From an uncultured Ignavibacteriales bacterium (GTDB taxonomy: Bacteria > Zixibacteria > MSB-5A5 > GN15 > FEB-12), in assembly GCA_964489705.1 (NCBI GenBank), contig CAZAZQ010000010.1, forward strand, positions 64,724-128,723: 64,000 bases of DNA, read 5' to 3'. Shown here piece after piece: positions 27,510 to 36,904 of the stretch (position 1 is its first letter; each line of letters starts with the position of its first letter). The position numbers and the translations under genes are program-made. Below the pieces are notes generated by a model. It did no database searches and was not told the origin of the DNA. It worked only from the letters and a program-made list of their open reading frames with translations.

Positions 27510-29576
27510 ATGAAAACAACCGCTGGAACATCTGCCGGAGAACAACGACTTGTCGTTATGATCACCGTTGCCTATTTGGCTAGCGTTGTTCTGTTCTTTG
27601 TGGCTTCGTTGTTTCCCCGTCATCAGGTCTGGGGGATAAGCTGGTGGAGTTACTTCCCGGTATATGTCAAGATAGGCTTGTTTCTTGTGGCGTTGGCTGT
27701 CGGTGTCGGGAATTTCCTTTTGTTCAAGAAAGGGTGCCTGAAAGGACGAGAAGAGGAGAACGAAAACCGGAGCGTCGGAACATACCTGTTATTTGTCTCG
27801 GCGATAACGGTTGTTTTCGTCTTTTCTTTCATTCTTTTCCGGGGGACAATTCATTTTCTCGGGGACGGCTACCAACTGTTGACCCGTCTGGCGGAAGGGA
27901 TGCCTGCCGTCAAGATGTGGGACAGAGGAACGACTTTTGTCACCCAGACCGTTTTTTCGCTCTTGGAAGGGCAGCCGGAGGTACGGGCTCTCAAAGCCTA
28001 CCGCATTGTTTCCATCGATTCCGGTTTGTTTCTGCTGGTGGTGGCAGCTTTGTTTTCTTTTGTGTTTTACAAAGACAATCTCCGGCGTTTGGTTTTCTTT
28101 CTCGGCTTGTTCTCCGGCGGATATATGCTTTTGTTTTTCGGCTACGTAGAAAATTACGCTCTGTCGACGGCGGTGGTAATGCTGTATACTCTCATCGGGG
28201 TTGCCGTTCTTACCCGTCGTCTCCCGCGGTGGTGGTTACTGCCGCCGTTGGTGCTGGCGTGGTATTTGCATCTGTTTACCTTGACCCTTCTGCCGAGCGC
28301 CGTGTATCTTTTTCTGCGGGAAACACGTTTCGCCGATGCCGTATCAAAAATCATCCGACAGCGGAAGCTCTTTTTTGTGTTTCTGTTCGTTGTTTTGGGA
28401 ATAGGGGTATACTATTTTCTTTATTCCCATTTTTACTTCTTTACTTTTGCCTTGTTGCCGCTGATGCCGGACAGGTTTACGATCGCGGGCGATTGGCTGT
28501 TTTCTCTCAAACATATCGTCGATGTCGCCAACTTGCTGCTGATGCTCGTGCCGGGCTTGCTCGTGTTGGTTGTGTTACTTTTCACGACTCCTCAAAAGAT
28601 GAGGTTCTCTCATCCGGCGACGCCGTTTTTGATGGTTCTTACTTTCTCGACGTTGGCTGCCGTGTATGTTTTCAATCCGGGGATAGGGATGCCGCGCAAC
28701 TGGGATCTTTTTTCGATTGTTGCCGTTCCGCTGACGGTGTGGGGGTATACCTTCCTTATCGAAAGCGCCCGAACTTCCGGCGGATTGGTTTTTCGTGCCG
28801 TACCGGTTATTGCTTTGAGTTTTTTGCTGTTGGTGCCGCGGGTGGTGTCGCAGGTAATTCCGGAGGTCGGTATCGCACACTTCCGGAACTATCTCGTTCA
28901 TGACAAAATCAGGAACCGAAACGCCCGACGGCTGCTTATCGATTATTACAAGCAGCGGGGTGATACCGCCGCCGCCCAGGCGGAGCAACAACGGGCGTTG
29001 GAGGATTTCCCCGAAGCGCGCTATAACGAGAAAGCTCGTGCTCTCATTCGGCAAGGGGAGCTGCGCGAGGCGACCCGATACCTGCAAGAAGTGCTTGCCA
29101 CGAATCCGCTTTCCTACGATGCTTATGCCAACCTGGGAATCTGTCGTTTGAAGCAAGGAGATATCGACAGCGCCTTGACATTGCTGCAAATCGCCGACGG
29201 TTTGAATCCGTACAACGCTTCGACCGTCAACAACCTCGGAACCGTTTACCTGCGAAAGAAAGAGTACACCACGGCGGAGAAGTACTTCCGGAAGTCGTTG
29301 GCTATTGACCGCACCGAGAAAAACGCCATGGCGGGACTGGCGTCAGTGTACCTCCAGTCAAACGAGTTTGACAAGTCGTTGTTCTGGCTGGAGAAGTTGT
29401 TTCAGGGCGGCGGGCTGTCCTATGAATACTTTCGACAAGCCGGTGATGCGTTTCTCGAGCGGCAGGCGTTTTCTCATGCTTCCCGGGCGTATTCTTTTGC
29501 CGTCAAGCTCGGTTTGCCGGCCGATTACGTGGAAAAACTCCGGCGGAAGCATCCGCAACTGCGATTAAATGATTGA
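27510..29576 (+). CDS. Polytopic membrane protein with a C-terminal TPR domain (possibly glycosyltransferase-C/PMT-like)
   Basis: Start taken at ATG 27510. About 11-13 TM helices over approx. 470 aa, then at least 5 TPR-like repeats (YDAYANLGICRLKQGDIDSAL, ASTVNNLGTVYLRKKEYTTAEKYF, ...). Enzyme family not established. Confidence 0.7.
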   Translation: MKTTAGTSAGEQRLVVMITVAYLASVVLFFVASLFPRHQVWGISWWSYFPVYVKIGLFLVALAVGVGNFLLFKKGCLKGREEENENRSVGTYLLFVSAITVVFVFSFILFRGTIHFLGDGYQLLTRLAEGMPAVKMWDRGTTFVTQTVFSLLEGQPEVRALKAYRIVSIDSGLFLLVVAALFSFVFYKDNLRRLVFFLGLFSGGYMLLFFGYVENYALSTAVVMLYTLIGVAVLTRRLPRWWLLPPLVLAWYLHLFTLTLLPSAVYLFLRETRFADAVSKIIRQRKLFFVFLFVVLGIGVYYFLYSHFYFFTFALLPLMPDRFTIAGDWLFSLKHIVDVANLLLMLVPGLLVLVVLLFTTPQKMRFSHPATPFLMVLTFSTLAAVYVFNPGIGMPRNWDLFSIVAVPLTVWGYTFLIESARTSGGLVFRAVPVIALSFLLLVPRVVSQVIPEVGIAHFRNYLVHDKIRNRNARRLLIDYYKQRGDTAAAQAEQQRALEDFPEARYNEKARALIRQGELREATRYLQEVLATNPLSYDAYANLGICRLKQGDIDSALTLLQIADGLNPYNASTVNNLGTVYLRKKEYTTAEKYFRKSLAIDRTEKNAMAGLASVYLQSNEFDKSLFWLEKLFQGGGLSYEYFRQAGDAFLERQAFSHASRAYSFAVKLGLPADYVEKLRRKHPQLRLND

Positions 29577-29637
29577 CTTCTTTTGCCTTCCCGATTACGT
29601 TGGCGGCGTGATAACTCCAAAGAGAAACGGGTGAGCT

Positions 29638-30372
29638 GTGATTCAAGCGTCTGAGCTGACCAAAATATTCAAGGAAAGAAAACGCGGTGTCGTGACGGCG
29701 GTTGACAAGGTTTCCTTTACCTGTGAACCGGGCTCTATCTATGGTTTGTTGGGACCCAACGGAGCGGGGAAAACGACCACCTTGCGGATTCTTTCAACCG
29801 CGCTCAAACCAACCTCCGGTACGGCATACATTGACGGACTCGATGTAACCGAAGAGCCGCAGAAAGTCCGTTCTCGGATTGGATTTCTTTCCGGTGATAC
29901 CGGTTTGTACGGACGCTTGTCTCCTCGCGAGATGGTGACCTATTTCGGGAAGCTGTACGGCATGTCGAAAACGGCGATTGAGGAGCGGATTGAACAGCTT
30001 TTTCAGATGCTTGATATGAATGAATTCGCCGACGCTCGTAACGAAAAGTTGTCGCAGGGAATGAAGCAAAAGGTTTCCATCGCCCGCTCGGTAGTCCATG
30101 ACCCGCCGACAATGATTTTCGACGAACCGACAACCGGCTTGGACGTGATGAGCTCGCGTACCATCGTTCGCTTTATCAAGCAGTGTCGGGACGAGGGAAA
30201 GACGGTGGTTTTTTCGACGCACATTATGAGCGACGCCATGCGGTTGTGTGATAAAATCGGCATCATTCACAAGGGGAGAATGTTTTTTGAAGGGACGGTT
30301 CAAGAAATCCTCAATACCACCGGCACCGCTACGTTGGAAGACGCTTTCGTGCACATTGTAGGAGAAGAATGA
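29638..30372 (+). CDS. ABC transporter ATP-binding protein (ABC-2/NatA-like)
   Basis: GTG start. Walker [11 protein letters not shown], signature LSQGMKQKV, Walker B MIFDEPTTGLD, H-loop STHIM. Confidence 0.9.
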   Translation: MIQASELTKIFKERKRGVVTAVDKVSFTCEPGSIYGLLGPNGAGKTTTLRILSTALKPTSGTAYIDGLDVTEEPQKVRSRIGFLSGDTGLYGRLSPREMVTYFGKLYGMSKTAIEERIEQLFQMLDMNEFADARNEKLSQGMKQKVSIARSVVHDPPTMIFDEPTTGLDVMSSRTIVRFIKQCRDEGKTVVFSTHIMSDAMRLCDKIGIIHKGRMFFEGTVQEILNTTGTATLEDAFVHIVGEE

Positions 30373-31586
30373 TGCGGCTGTCGACGGTCATGACGATTTT
30401 CAAAAAAGAGATGACGGATACTCTTCGCGATCGTCGCACCCTTATTTTCATGCTTCTCATTCCCATTGTCGCCATCCCGGTGTTGATGATGGGAGCGTCG
30501 AAATTGATGGTGAGTCAGATAACGAAAGCCCGCGAGGAAGTCTCAAAAATCGTCATTCAAGGGGAGGAGTTTCTTCCCGACGAGCTCCGAGAGAACTTTG
30601 CTCATGCCTCCGGTCTTGAAATTCTCGAGATGTCGCCCGAAGAAGAGAAAAAAGCCAAGGAAAAGTTGAAGCAGGGAGAGATACAGGCATTTGTTGTCGT
30701 GCCGAAGGAATTCCGTTCTCAAATAGAGCTCGAGCAACCGACAGCGGTAGAGATCTTTTACGACGAGGCGGAGATTAAATCCAGCTTCGCCAAGGAGAAA
30801 ATCGAAGACATTTTCGATGATTTCAAAGAGAAAGTTGTCCTCCGACGCCTCGCGCAACGTCACCTTCCCAAAGAGATGCTCAAGCCGTTTGCTGTCAGGA
30901 CGGAAAACGTAGCACCGATGCAGAAAATTGTCGGCAAGGAGCTGGGGGTCATCCTGCCGTACTTGATAATCATCATGTGTTTTATGGGGGCGATGTATCC
31001 CGCTATCGACTTGGCGGCGGGAGAGAAAGAACGCGGGACATTGGAAACGCTGCTCATCTCACCGGCGACGCGGGGAGAGTTTGTAATCGGGAAATATCTG
31101 GTCGTTATGTTGACTGGGGTGGTCGCCGCTTTTCTCTCTCTGGGGAGCTTGGTTTTCTCGTTGAATTATATGGTCGAAGATTTGGTAAGGGGAATGGCGC
31201 AGATGTTTTCTTTTGCCGTTAACCTCGAGACGGTGGCGCTGATTTTTCTCACTATTGTTCCTTTGGCGGGAATATTCGCCGGAGTGTTGTTGTCGGTCTC
31301 TATCTTCGCCCGTTCTTTCAAGGAAGCGCAAAGCTATGTCACCGCTTTGAATATGGCGGTTATTTTTCCCGCGTTTGTTTCTCTGCTTCCCGGAATCGAG
31401 CTGGGCTACGGCATGTCGATGATTCCGGTGGTCAATGCCAGCTTGATTATCAAAGAGGCTATTTCCGGTTCGATTGAGTGGCAGTATGTTCTTGTGGCGG
31501 TGGGGGCAAATGCCGTAGTCGCAGTTCTTGCGCTGCTTTTTTCCCGTCAGTGGTTTGAGAAAGAGTCGGTTATCTTTCGAGCCTAA
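30369..31586 (+). CDS. ABC-2 type transporter permease (NatB-like)
   Basis: ATGA overlap with the ATPase gene. One N-terminal TM helix, a large extracytoplasmic loop, then 5 C-terminal TM helices, which is the typical ABC-2/NatB topology. Confidence 0.8.
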   Translation: MMRLSTVMTIFKKEMTDTLRDRRTLIFMLLIPIVAIPVLMMGASKLMVSQITKAREEVSKIVIQGEEFLPDELRENFAHASGLEILEMSPEEEKKAKEKLKQGEIQAFVVVPKEFRSQIELEQPTAVEIFYDEAEIKSSFAKEKIEDIFDDFKEKVVLRRLAQRHLPKEMLKPFAVRTENVAPMQKIVGKELGVILPYLIIIMCFMGAMYPAIDLAAGEKERGTLETLLISPATRGEFVIGKYLVVMLTGVVAAFLSLGSLVFSLNYMVEDLVRGMAQMFSFAVNLETVALIFLTIVPLAGIFAGVLLSVSIFARSFKEAQSYVTALNMAVIFPAFVSLLPGIELGYGMSMIPVVNASLIIKEAISGSIEWQYVLVAVGANAVVAVLALLFSRQWFEKESVIFRA

Positions 31587-31801
31587 AAGAGCAAAACCTC
31601 TTATTATCGAGGCACATACTCCCTGTTTCGGTGTTGTTTTTTATAGACAAAAGAGTTTTTTATGTTATATTAAAAGGGTTTGATAATGAGGAACTGGCTT
31701 CAGTACTTACGTGAATACTTACACGGTGGGTATCGTTGAGACCCTGCCTCGGTAGGTTTTCGATGAGCGCCTGCGAGCACAGAAACAAAAGGAAGAAAAG
31801 G

Positions 31802-33607
31802 ATGAATCTCCACGCAAAGAGCAAGCAGCATCTTGTTTTTGTCGTCCTCCTGTGGGTGATTGGGATTGGCATTGTGCTGACCTCGTCGGTGTCGGCACAA
31901 TTGACCAGTAAGGATATCGATTCCTTACGTGAACTGGGCAAGCAAGAGGGATGGACGTTTATCGTCACCGAAAATCCCGCGACGAAATATCCGTTAGAGC
32001 AGTTATGCGGTTTGAAAGAGCCTCCCGATTGGAAGGAACATGCGCGCTTTGATCCCATGCTGAAAGTGAGAGCCGACCTGCCGAGCGCTTTTGACTGGCG
32101 GGATTCGGTGGAGCTGCCGCCGGTGAAAAACCAAGGCGGGTGCGGAAGTTGTTGGGCATTCGGAACGGTGGGTCCGTTGGAGTGCAATATAAAAATTTTG
32201 GACGATGTTACTGTTGACCTTTCGGAACAATGGTTGGTCAGTTGCAACCAGAGCGGTTGGGGCTGTGACGGAGGGTGGTTTGCCCACAATTACCACCAGT
32301 TCGTCAACGATCCTTGCGACAGCTCGGGGGCGGTTTTGGAAGAAGATTTCCCGTATGTTGCGTACGATGCTCCCTGCGGGTGTCCGTACCCCCATCCGTA
32401 CCATATCCAATCGTGGGCGTATATCGGTTCGCCTTCTAGCATTCCCGGTGTGGATCTCATCAAGCAGGCGATTATGGACTACGGTCCTGTTTCCGTGGCG
32501 GTATATGCCAACGGGGCGATGCAGGCGTACGGAGGCGGAGTGTTCAACGGGTGTGGTGAAGGTACTATCAACCATGCCGTCGTCATCGTGGGTTGGGATG
32601 ACAGCCAGGGTCCGGCGGGGGTGTGGATTATGCGAAATTCGTGGGGCCCCGGCTGGGGAGAAGGCGGCTATATGCGTATCCCCTACGGGTGCTCTCAGAT
32701 CGGCTATGCCGCGTGTTACGTGAACTACCCCGGCGGGGTCGCTTTTGAAGCGGATACGACAGTCGGATGGATACCGTTCGATGTCAACTTTACGGCGACC
32801 TCGGGATTAGCAGTCGATACCTGGACATGGGATTTTGGAGACGGAGACTCGGCGTTTGTCCAATCGCCGACACACACGTACGATACTCCCGGTTTGTTTG
32901 CGGTCACGGTGCAGATAACCAGCGGGGGAGATACCCGCTCGCGGACAAAAACGAACTTCATCAAGGCTATCGCCGACACGTTGCTGCCGACCGAAGCAAG
33001 CGGCCAACGCAACGGCACGGCGGTATTGGTGGTCAACGCTCATAACAACATTCCTTTTGACTTGATTAAAATACCGATAGAGTATTCCGGCGATTTGGAC
33101 GTTTCACTCGATTCTTTTTCGACCGTCGGCTGTCGGACGGAGAATTTTGACAACCAGACGTATCTCCATTTCAACCCTGCCGGTAAGCAGATGACGATCA
33201 AGCTGGAAGCCGGTTCGGCGGCTCCGGTGCCGGCGGGAGAAGGACCAGTTATAAGACTGTATTTCAGATTGGGCAGCTCGGCAACGTATGGCGAGACGAC
33301 TTTCGTCTATGTGGATGGCTACAATACCTATACGCCTTCCTTTGAAAGTATTTTTGCCCGATATACGCCGCGGGTAACGACCGGTGTTTTGTCGGTCTGT
33401 CTCCAACACGGCGACATCGATGGAAATCCCGGAATTACCGTCGCCGATATTACAGCGTTGGCGAATTACTTGTTTAAGGGGGGAGTACCGCCGTCACCGT
33501 CGGAACTTGCTGATGTTGACTGCGATAGTAACGTTAATATCAGCGATTTGACCTACCTGGTAAGCTATCTGTTCACCGGGGGACCTGAGCCGTGCGGCTG
33601 TGAGTGA
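31802..33607 (+). CDS. Papain-family (C1) cysteine peptidase with a PKD domain, a beta-sandwich module and a C-terminal dockerin-like module
   Basis: Start at ATG 31802 (MNLHAKSKQHLVFVVLLWVIGIGIVLTSSVSA). Catalytic Cys in NQGGCGSCWAFGT, His in NHAVVIVGWDD, and NSWGPGWGEGGY. PKD motif WDFGDGDSAFVQSPTHTYDTPGLFAVTV. The C-terminus has duplicated F-hand segments GDIDGNPGITVADITALANYLFKGG and DVDCDSNVNISDLTYLVSYLFTGG. Confidence 0.85.
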   Translation: MNLHAKSKQHLVFVVLLWVIGIGIVLTSSVSAQLTSKDIDSLRELGKQEGWTFIVTENPATKYPLEQLCGLKEPPDWKEHARFDPMLKVRADLPSAFDWRDSVELPPVKNQGGCGSCWAFGTVGPLECNIKILDDVTVDLSEQWLVSCNQSGWGCDGGWFAHNYHQFVNDPCDSSGAVLEEDFPYVAYDAPCGCPYPHPYHIQSWAYIGSPSSIPGVDLIKQAIMDYGPVSVAVYANGAMQAYGGGVFNGCGEGTINHAVVIVGWDDSQGPAGVWIMRNSWGPGWGEGGYMRIPYGCSQIGYAACYVNYPGGVAFEADTTVGWIPFDVNFTATSGLAVDTWTWDFGDGDSAFVQSPTHTYDTPGLFAVTVQITSGGDTRSRTKTNFIKAIADTLLPTEASGQRNGTAVLVVNAHNNIPFDLIKIPIEYSGDLDVSLDSFSTVGCRTENFDNQTYLHFNPAGKQMTIKLEAGSAAPVPAGEGPVIRLYFRLGSSATYGETTFVYVDGYNTYTPSFESIFARYTPRVTTGVLSVCLQHGDIDGNPGITVADITALANYLFKGGVPPSPSELADVDCDSNVNISDLTYLVSYLFTGGPEPCGCE

Positions 33608-33641
33608 GAAAGCATACTGAATTTTCGATTCTGAGTTGTGA

Positions 33642-33675
33642 GTTGGGCTTACGATAGGTAAGCCCAACTTTTTTG
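33642..33675 (+). terminator. Rho-independent terminator after the dockerin-tagged peptidase
   Basis: Perfect 12-bp stem: AGTTGGGCTTAC (33642-33653) pairs with GTAAGCCCAACT (33659-33670). The T-run extends to 33675. Confidence 0.85.
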
Positions 33676-33889
33676 TGTCCGCTGCCGGGAGATTGTTTCT
33701 TTTCTTAAGAAATGAGAAGCTCTGGGTGTTTTCATGTTTCAATATGAAACGCTTTTTGTTGAATAGTATCTCTTCTTCTCGCTTGGAAAAAAGAAACAGT
33801 GAAAAATCCGACGGGTTCGTTAACTTCAGAGAACCGCCGTTTAATCCGATAAAATAGTGACACGAACTTTTAAGACGAAGTCGGATTCA

Positions 33890-35623
33890 ATGGCAAAGAA
33901 GAGAATTGGCGAACTCCTGCTGGAAAAAGGATATATTACTCCCCAGCAACTGGAAGAGGGATTGAAACAGCAAACGGTTACGGGGCGCCGTTTGGGGGAA
34001 ATCCTTGTCGAAAAGGGCTATATTACCGAGGATCAGCTCATCGATACCATTTCGGAACGTCTTTCCATCCCTCGCTTGACGTTATCGTCGATGGTTATCG
34101 ATCCGCAAGTAGTCAGGCAGGTGCCGGTGGAGCTGGCACGACGGTACACTCTTATTCCGGTGTTTGAAATCGGCAAGGCGCTGACCATTGCGATGGCCGA
34201 TCCGCTTAATATTATCGCCATAGATGAGATAAAATACCGTACCGGCAGGGTCATCAAGCGGGCGGTGGCGAGCTCGTCTGAAATCAAAGATGCCATTGAC
34301 CAGTATTATTCGGTCGCCGATTCGCTGAACAATCTTATCGGTTCCAAGACGGAAATTGAAGCGGTGACCAAGGCGATTCCGCAGACTTCCGTCATGGCGG
34401 GGGAGAGCGCCGTTGCCAATCTGGTCAATCTTCTCATTACCAAAGCGGTCAAAGACCGAGCGTCGGACATTCACATCGAGCCGGAAGAGACCCGCTTACG
34501 GATTCGCTACCGGATTGACGGCGTCATGCGGGAAGAAGCGGCGCCGCCGAAATCCATGCAGAACGAGTTGATCTCTCGTATAAAAATCGCCGCTAACCTT
34601 GACGTCTCCGAAAAACGTTTGCCGCAGGACGGACGGTTTATGATGACGGTCGATGGTTCCAACATCGACTTGCGGGTTTCGACCTTGCCGACTATTCACG
34701 GAGAGAAAATCGTAATTCGTATTCTCGATCGTCGCAATCTCCTGTTGACCTTGCAGCAGTTGGGTTTCAGCGAAAAGATGGAGCGGGCGTGGCGGAATGT
34801 TATCCGCAAGCCGGAGGGGATGGTTCTCATCACCGGACCGACTTCCAGCGGAAAAACATCGACGTTGTATGCCACCCTGCAGGCGATCAACTCCATTGAG
34901 AAAAATATCATTACCGTCGAAGACCCGGTGGAGTATTCGCTGCCGCTCATCATCCAAATTCAGATTAACGAGAAAGCCGGTTTGACCTTTCCGTCGACTC
35001 TTCGCTCGATTCTCCGGCAGAATCCGGATGTCATTATGATAGGGGAGATCCGTGACAGAGAGACGGCGCAAATGGCGGTACGCTCCGCTCTGACGGGACA
35101 TTTGGTCTTTTCCACCATTCATACCAACGATGCCCCCTCGACTATCGCCCGTCTTATCGATATGGGGCTGGAAGATTACCTGGTGGCGACGGCGTTAAAA
35201 GGGGTTTTGGCACAGCGCCTGGTGCGGGTCAATTGCCCCGAATGTCGCGAGACCTACCGTCCCGCCGATTCGGTTTTGCAGCGAGCCGGGCTGTTGGAGT
35301 TGGCGGATGTGTTTGAGTTCAAACGAGGGGTCGGCTGTCCGCACTGCCGGAATACCGGCTTCAAGGGGCAGACGGGTATTTTTGAATTCATCGAAATAAC
35401 GCCCTACATCTCGGAATTGATTATGAGAAAAGCCTCGATAAATCAGATTAAAGACGAGGCTCGAAAGAACGGCTATATCCCTCTCTTTGAAATGGGCTTG
35501 GAGAAGCTTCGGAAGGGAATTATCAGCCTTGAAGAACTGCTCAAGCAAACCTACAACATTGAAGATTATCACTACCCGGACGGGAAAGCAACGGTAACGG
35601 TTACTCATGCCAGTGCAGTATAA
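33890..35623 (+). CDS. Type II secretion / type IV pilus assembly ATPase (GspE/PilB family) with an MshEN-like N-terminal domain
   Basis: Start at ATG 33890. Walker A GPTSSGKTST, Walker B DVIMIGEIRD, His box, and a tetracysteine CPEC...CPHC zinc motif. The N-terminus carries two RLGxxLLxxGxI..QL motifs. Confidence 0.9.
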   Translation: MAKKRIGELLLEKGYITPQQLEEGLKQQTVTGRRLGEILVEKGYITEDQLIDTISERLSIPRLTLSSMVIDPQVVRQVPVELARRYTLIPVFEIGKALTIAMADPLNIIAIDEIKYRTGRVIKRAVASSSEIKDAIDQYYSVADSLNNLIGSKTEIEAVTKAIPQTSVMAGESAVANLVNLLITKAVKDRASDIHIEPEETRLRIRYRIDGVMREEAAPPKSMQNELISRIKIAANLDVSEKRLPQDGRFMMTVDGSNIDLRVSTLPTIHGEKIVIRILDRRNLLLTLQQLGFSEKMERAWRNVIRKPEGMVLITGPTSSGKTSTLYATLQAINSIEKNIITVEDPVEYSLPLIIQIQINEKAGLTFPSTLRSILRQNPDVIMIGEIRDRETAQMAVRSALTGHLVFSTIHTNDAPSTIARLIDMGLEDYLVATALKGVLAQRLVRVNCPECRETYRPADSVLQRAGLLELADVFEFKRGVGCPHCRNTGFKGQTGIFEFIEITPYISELIMRKASINQIKDEARKNGYIPLFEMGLEKLRKGIISLEELLKQTYNIEDYHYPDGKATVTVTHASAV

Positions 35624-36824
35624 ATATCGCGCCGTCGCCTATGACGGGGAATCGCGAGAGGGAATCCTTACGGCGGAAAAGCCGGAGCAAGTGGTCGATT
35701 ACCTCTCGCAACAGAACTTGATTCCCATCTCCATTACGCCTTTTCAGAAAAAGCGTCCTTTCTCTCTTTTGGGCTTTTTCCGGAAAACCGACTATGATAA
35801 CCTCATCCTGTTCACCCATAATCTCCTGACGATGTATCGCGCCGGTATTCCTATGTTACGGGCGTTGAGTATCATGCAAATCGGGCCCAAGGGGAGCCGC
35901 TTCAATCAGGCAATTGAGCATATCCGTCATGATGTCCAATCCGGTAAGCAGCTTTCCCAAGCTATGGCGAACATTGACGGACTTTTCCCGCCCGTCTATA
36001 TCTCCTGTGTTGCCGCCGGGGAGGAAGCGGGGAAGCTGGAAGAAATTCTGGAGGAGTTGGCTTCTCTGTTGGAACGGGACATGGAGCTTTCCCGCCAAAT
36101 TAAGTCAGGGATTCGATACCCGCTTATTGTTATTTTTGCTATTGCGGTTGCGTTCGTGGTTTTGATGACCTATGTAATTCCCAAGTTTGTCGGCTTTTAC
36201 GAAGGCTTCGGTGCCCAGCTCCCCTTGCCGACTCGGGTGATAATTGCCATCAGCAACTTCTTTACCGACTACTGGATGGTAGTCTTGGGATTGGTTGTCG
36301 GCTCTATTTTCACCTTGAAAAAAGTTATGAGTACCGAAAAAGGAAAGCTCTGGATAGATAGGAAGCTGCTGAAAGTTCCTATTTTGGGGAATCTCATTAT
36401 CAAGGGGAATGTCGCTCGTTTTACCATGATGTTTCGGATCCTCTTCCAGTCCGGATTGCCGATTGTGAAGTCGTTGGAAGTACTGCAAGATTCGGTGAAA
36501 AACAGCGCTATCGGGCTTGAGATTAAGAAATTCGGGAAAATCTTCCGGGAAGGTAAAGAAAGCGCCTTGACATCCAAGGAGTTCGATTACTTTCCCGAGA
36601 TGTCGCTGCAAATGATGGCTATCGGCTTGGAGTCGGGTTCTCTTGACAAGATGCTCCATGAGATAAGCATGCACTACAGCAAGGACGTTCAGTATACTTC
36701 CCGGCATTTGACCTCGATTTTGGAACCGGTGCTCACCTTGATTATCGGCTTGTTTATCTTGGTGTTAGCCCTTGCCATTTTCCTGCCGATGTGGAACCTC
36801 ATCAGCGTATTCAAGGGGGGATGA
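35607..36824 (+). CDS. Type II secretion system F / PilC family platform protein
   Basis: 405 aa. Duplicated GspF domains (LLTMYRAGIPMLRAL and MMFRILFQSGLPIVKSL) and 3 TM helices. The gene overlaps the 3-prime end of the ATPase gene. Confidence 0.9.
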   Translation: MPVQYKYRAVAYDGESREGILTAEKPEQVVDYLSQQNLIPISITPFQKKRPFSLLGFFRKTDYDNLILFTHNLLTMYRAGIPMLRALSIMQIGPKGSRFNQAIEHIRHDVQSGKQLSQAMANIDGLFPPVYISCVAAGEEAGKLEEILEELASLLERDMELSRQIKSGIRYPLIVIFAIAVAFVVLMTYVIPKFVGFYEGFGAQLPLPTRVIIAISNFFTDYWMVVLGLVVGSIFTLKKVMSTEKGKLWIDRKLLKVPILGNLIIKGNVARFTMMFRILFQSGLPIVKSLEVLQDSVKNSAIGLEIKKFGKIFREGKESALTSKEFDYFPEMSLQMMAIGLESGSLDKMLHEISMHYSKDVQYTSRHLTSILEPVLTLIIGLFILVLALAIFLPMWNLISVFKGG

Positions 36825-36904
36825 AAACGTAAATTATCGGCATTTTTTACCGATATGAGGAATGAATACTGGCTTGAAGCAATCAATTACTTAGGAGGTG
36901 CGAA

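Noticed and set aside
27644-28903. A 419-aa alternative-frame ORF within the polytopic TPR membrane gene
   Set aside because: The product is Arg/Gly/Cys-rich without TM helices or domains. The other frame encodes a coherent membrane topology that continues into TPR repeats.
33675-33857. A 60-aa ORF upstream of the secretion ATPase
   Set aside because: It lies in the AT-rich intergenic promoter region, has no RBS and has a low-complexity product. It abuts the alternative GTG start of the ATPase ORF and is probably non-coding.
36870-36882. TGGCTTGAAGCAA upstream of the first pilin gene as a sigma-54 (-24/-12) promoter
   Set aside because: The GG-to-GC spacing is 8 nt instead of the roughly 12 nt of the TGGCAC-N5-TTGC consensus, so it does not fit, even though rpoN is present in the window.
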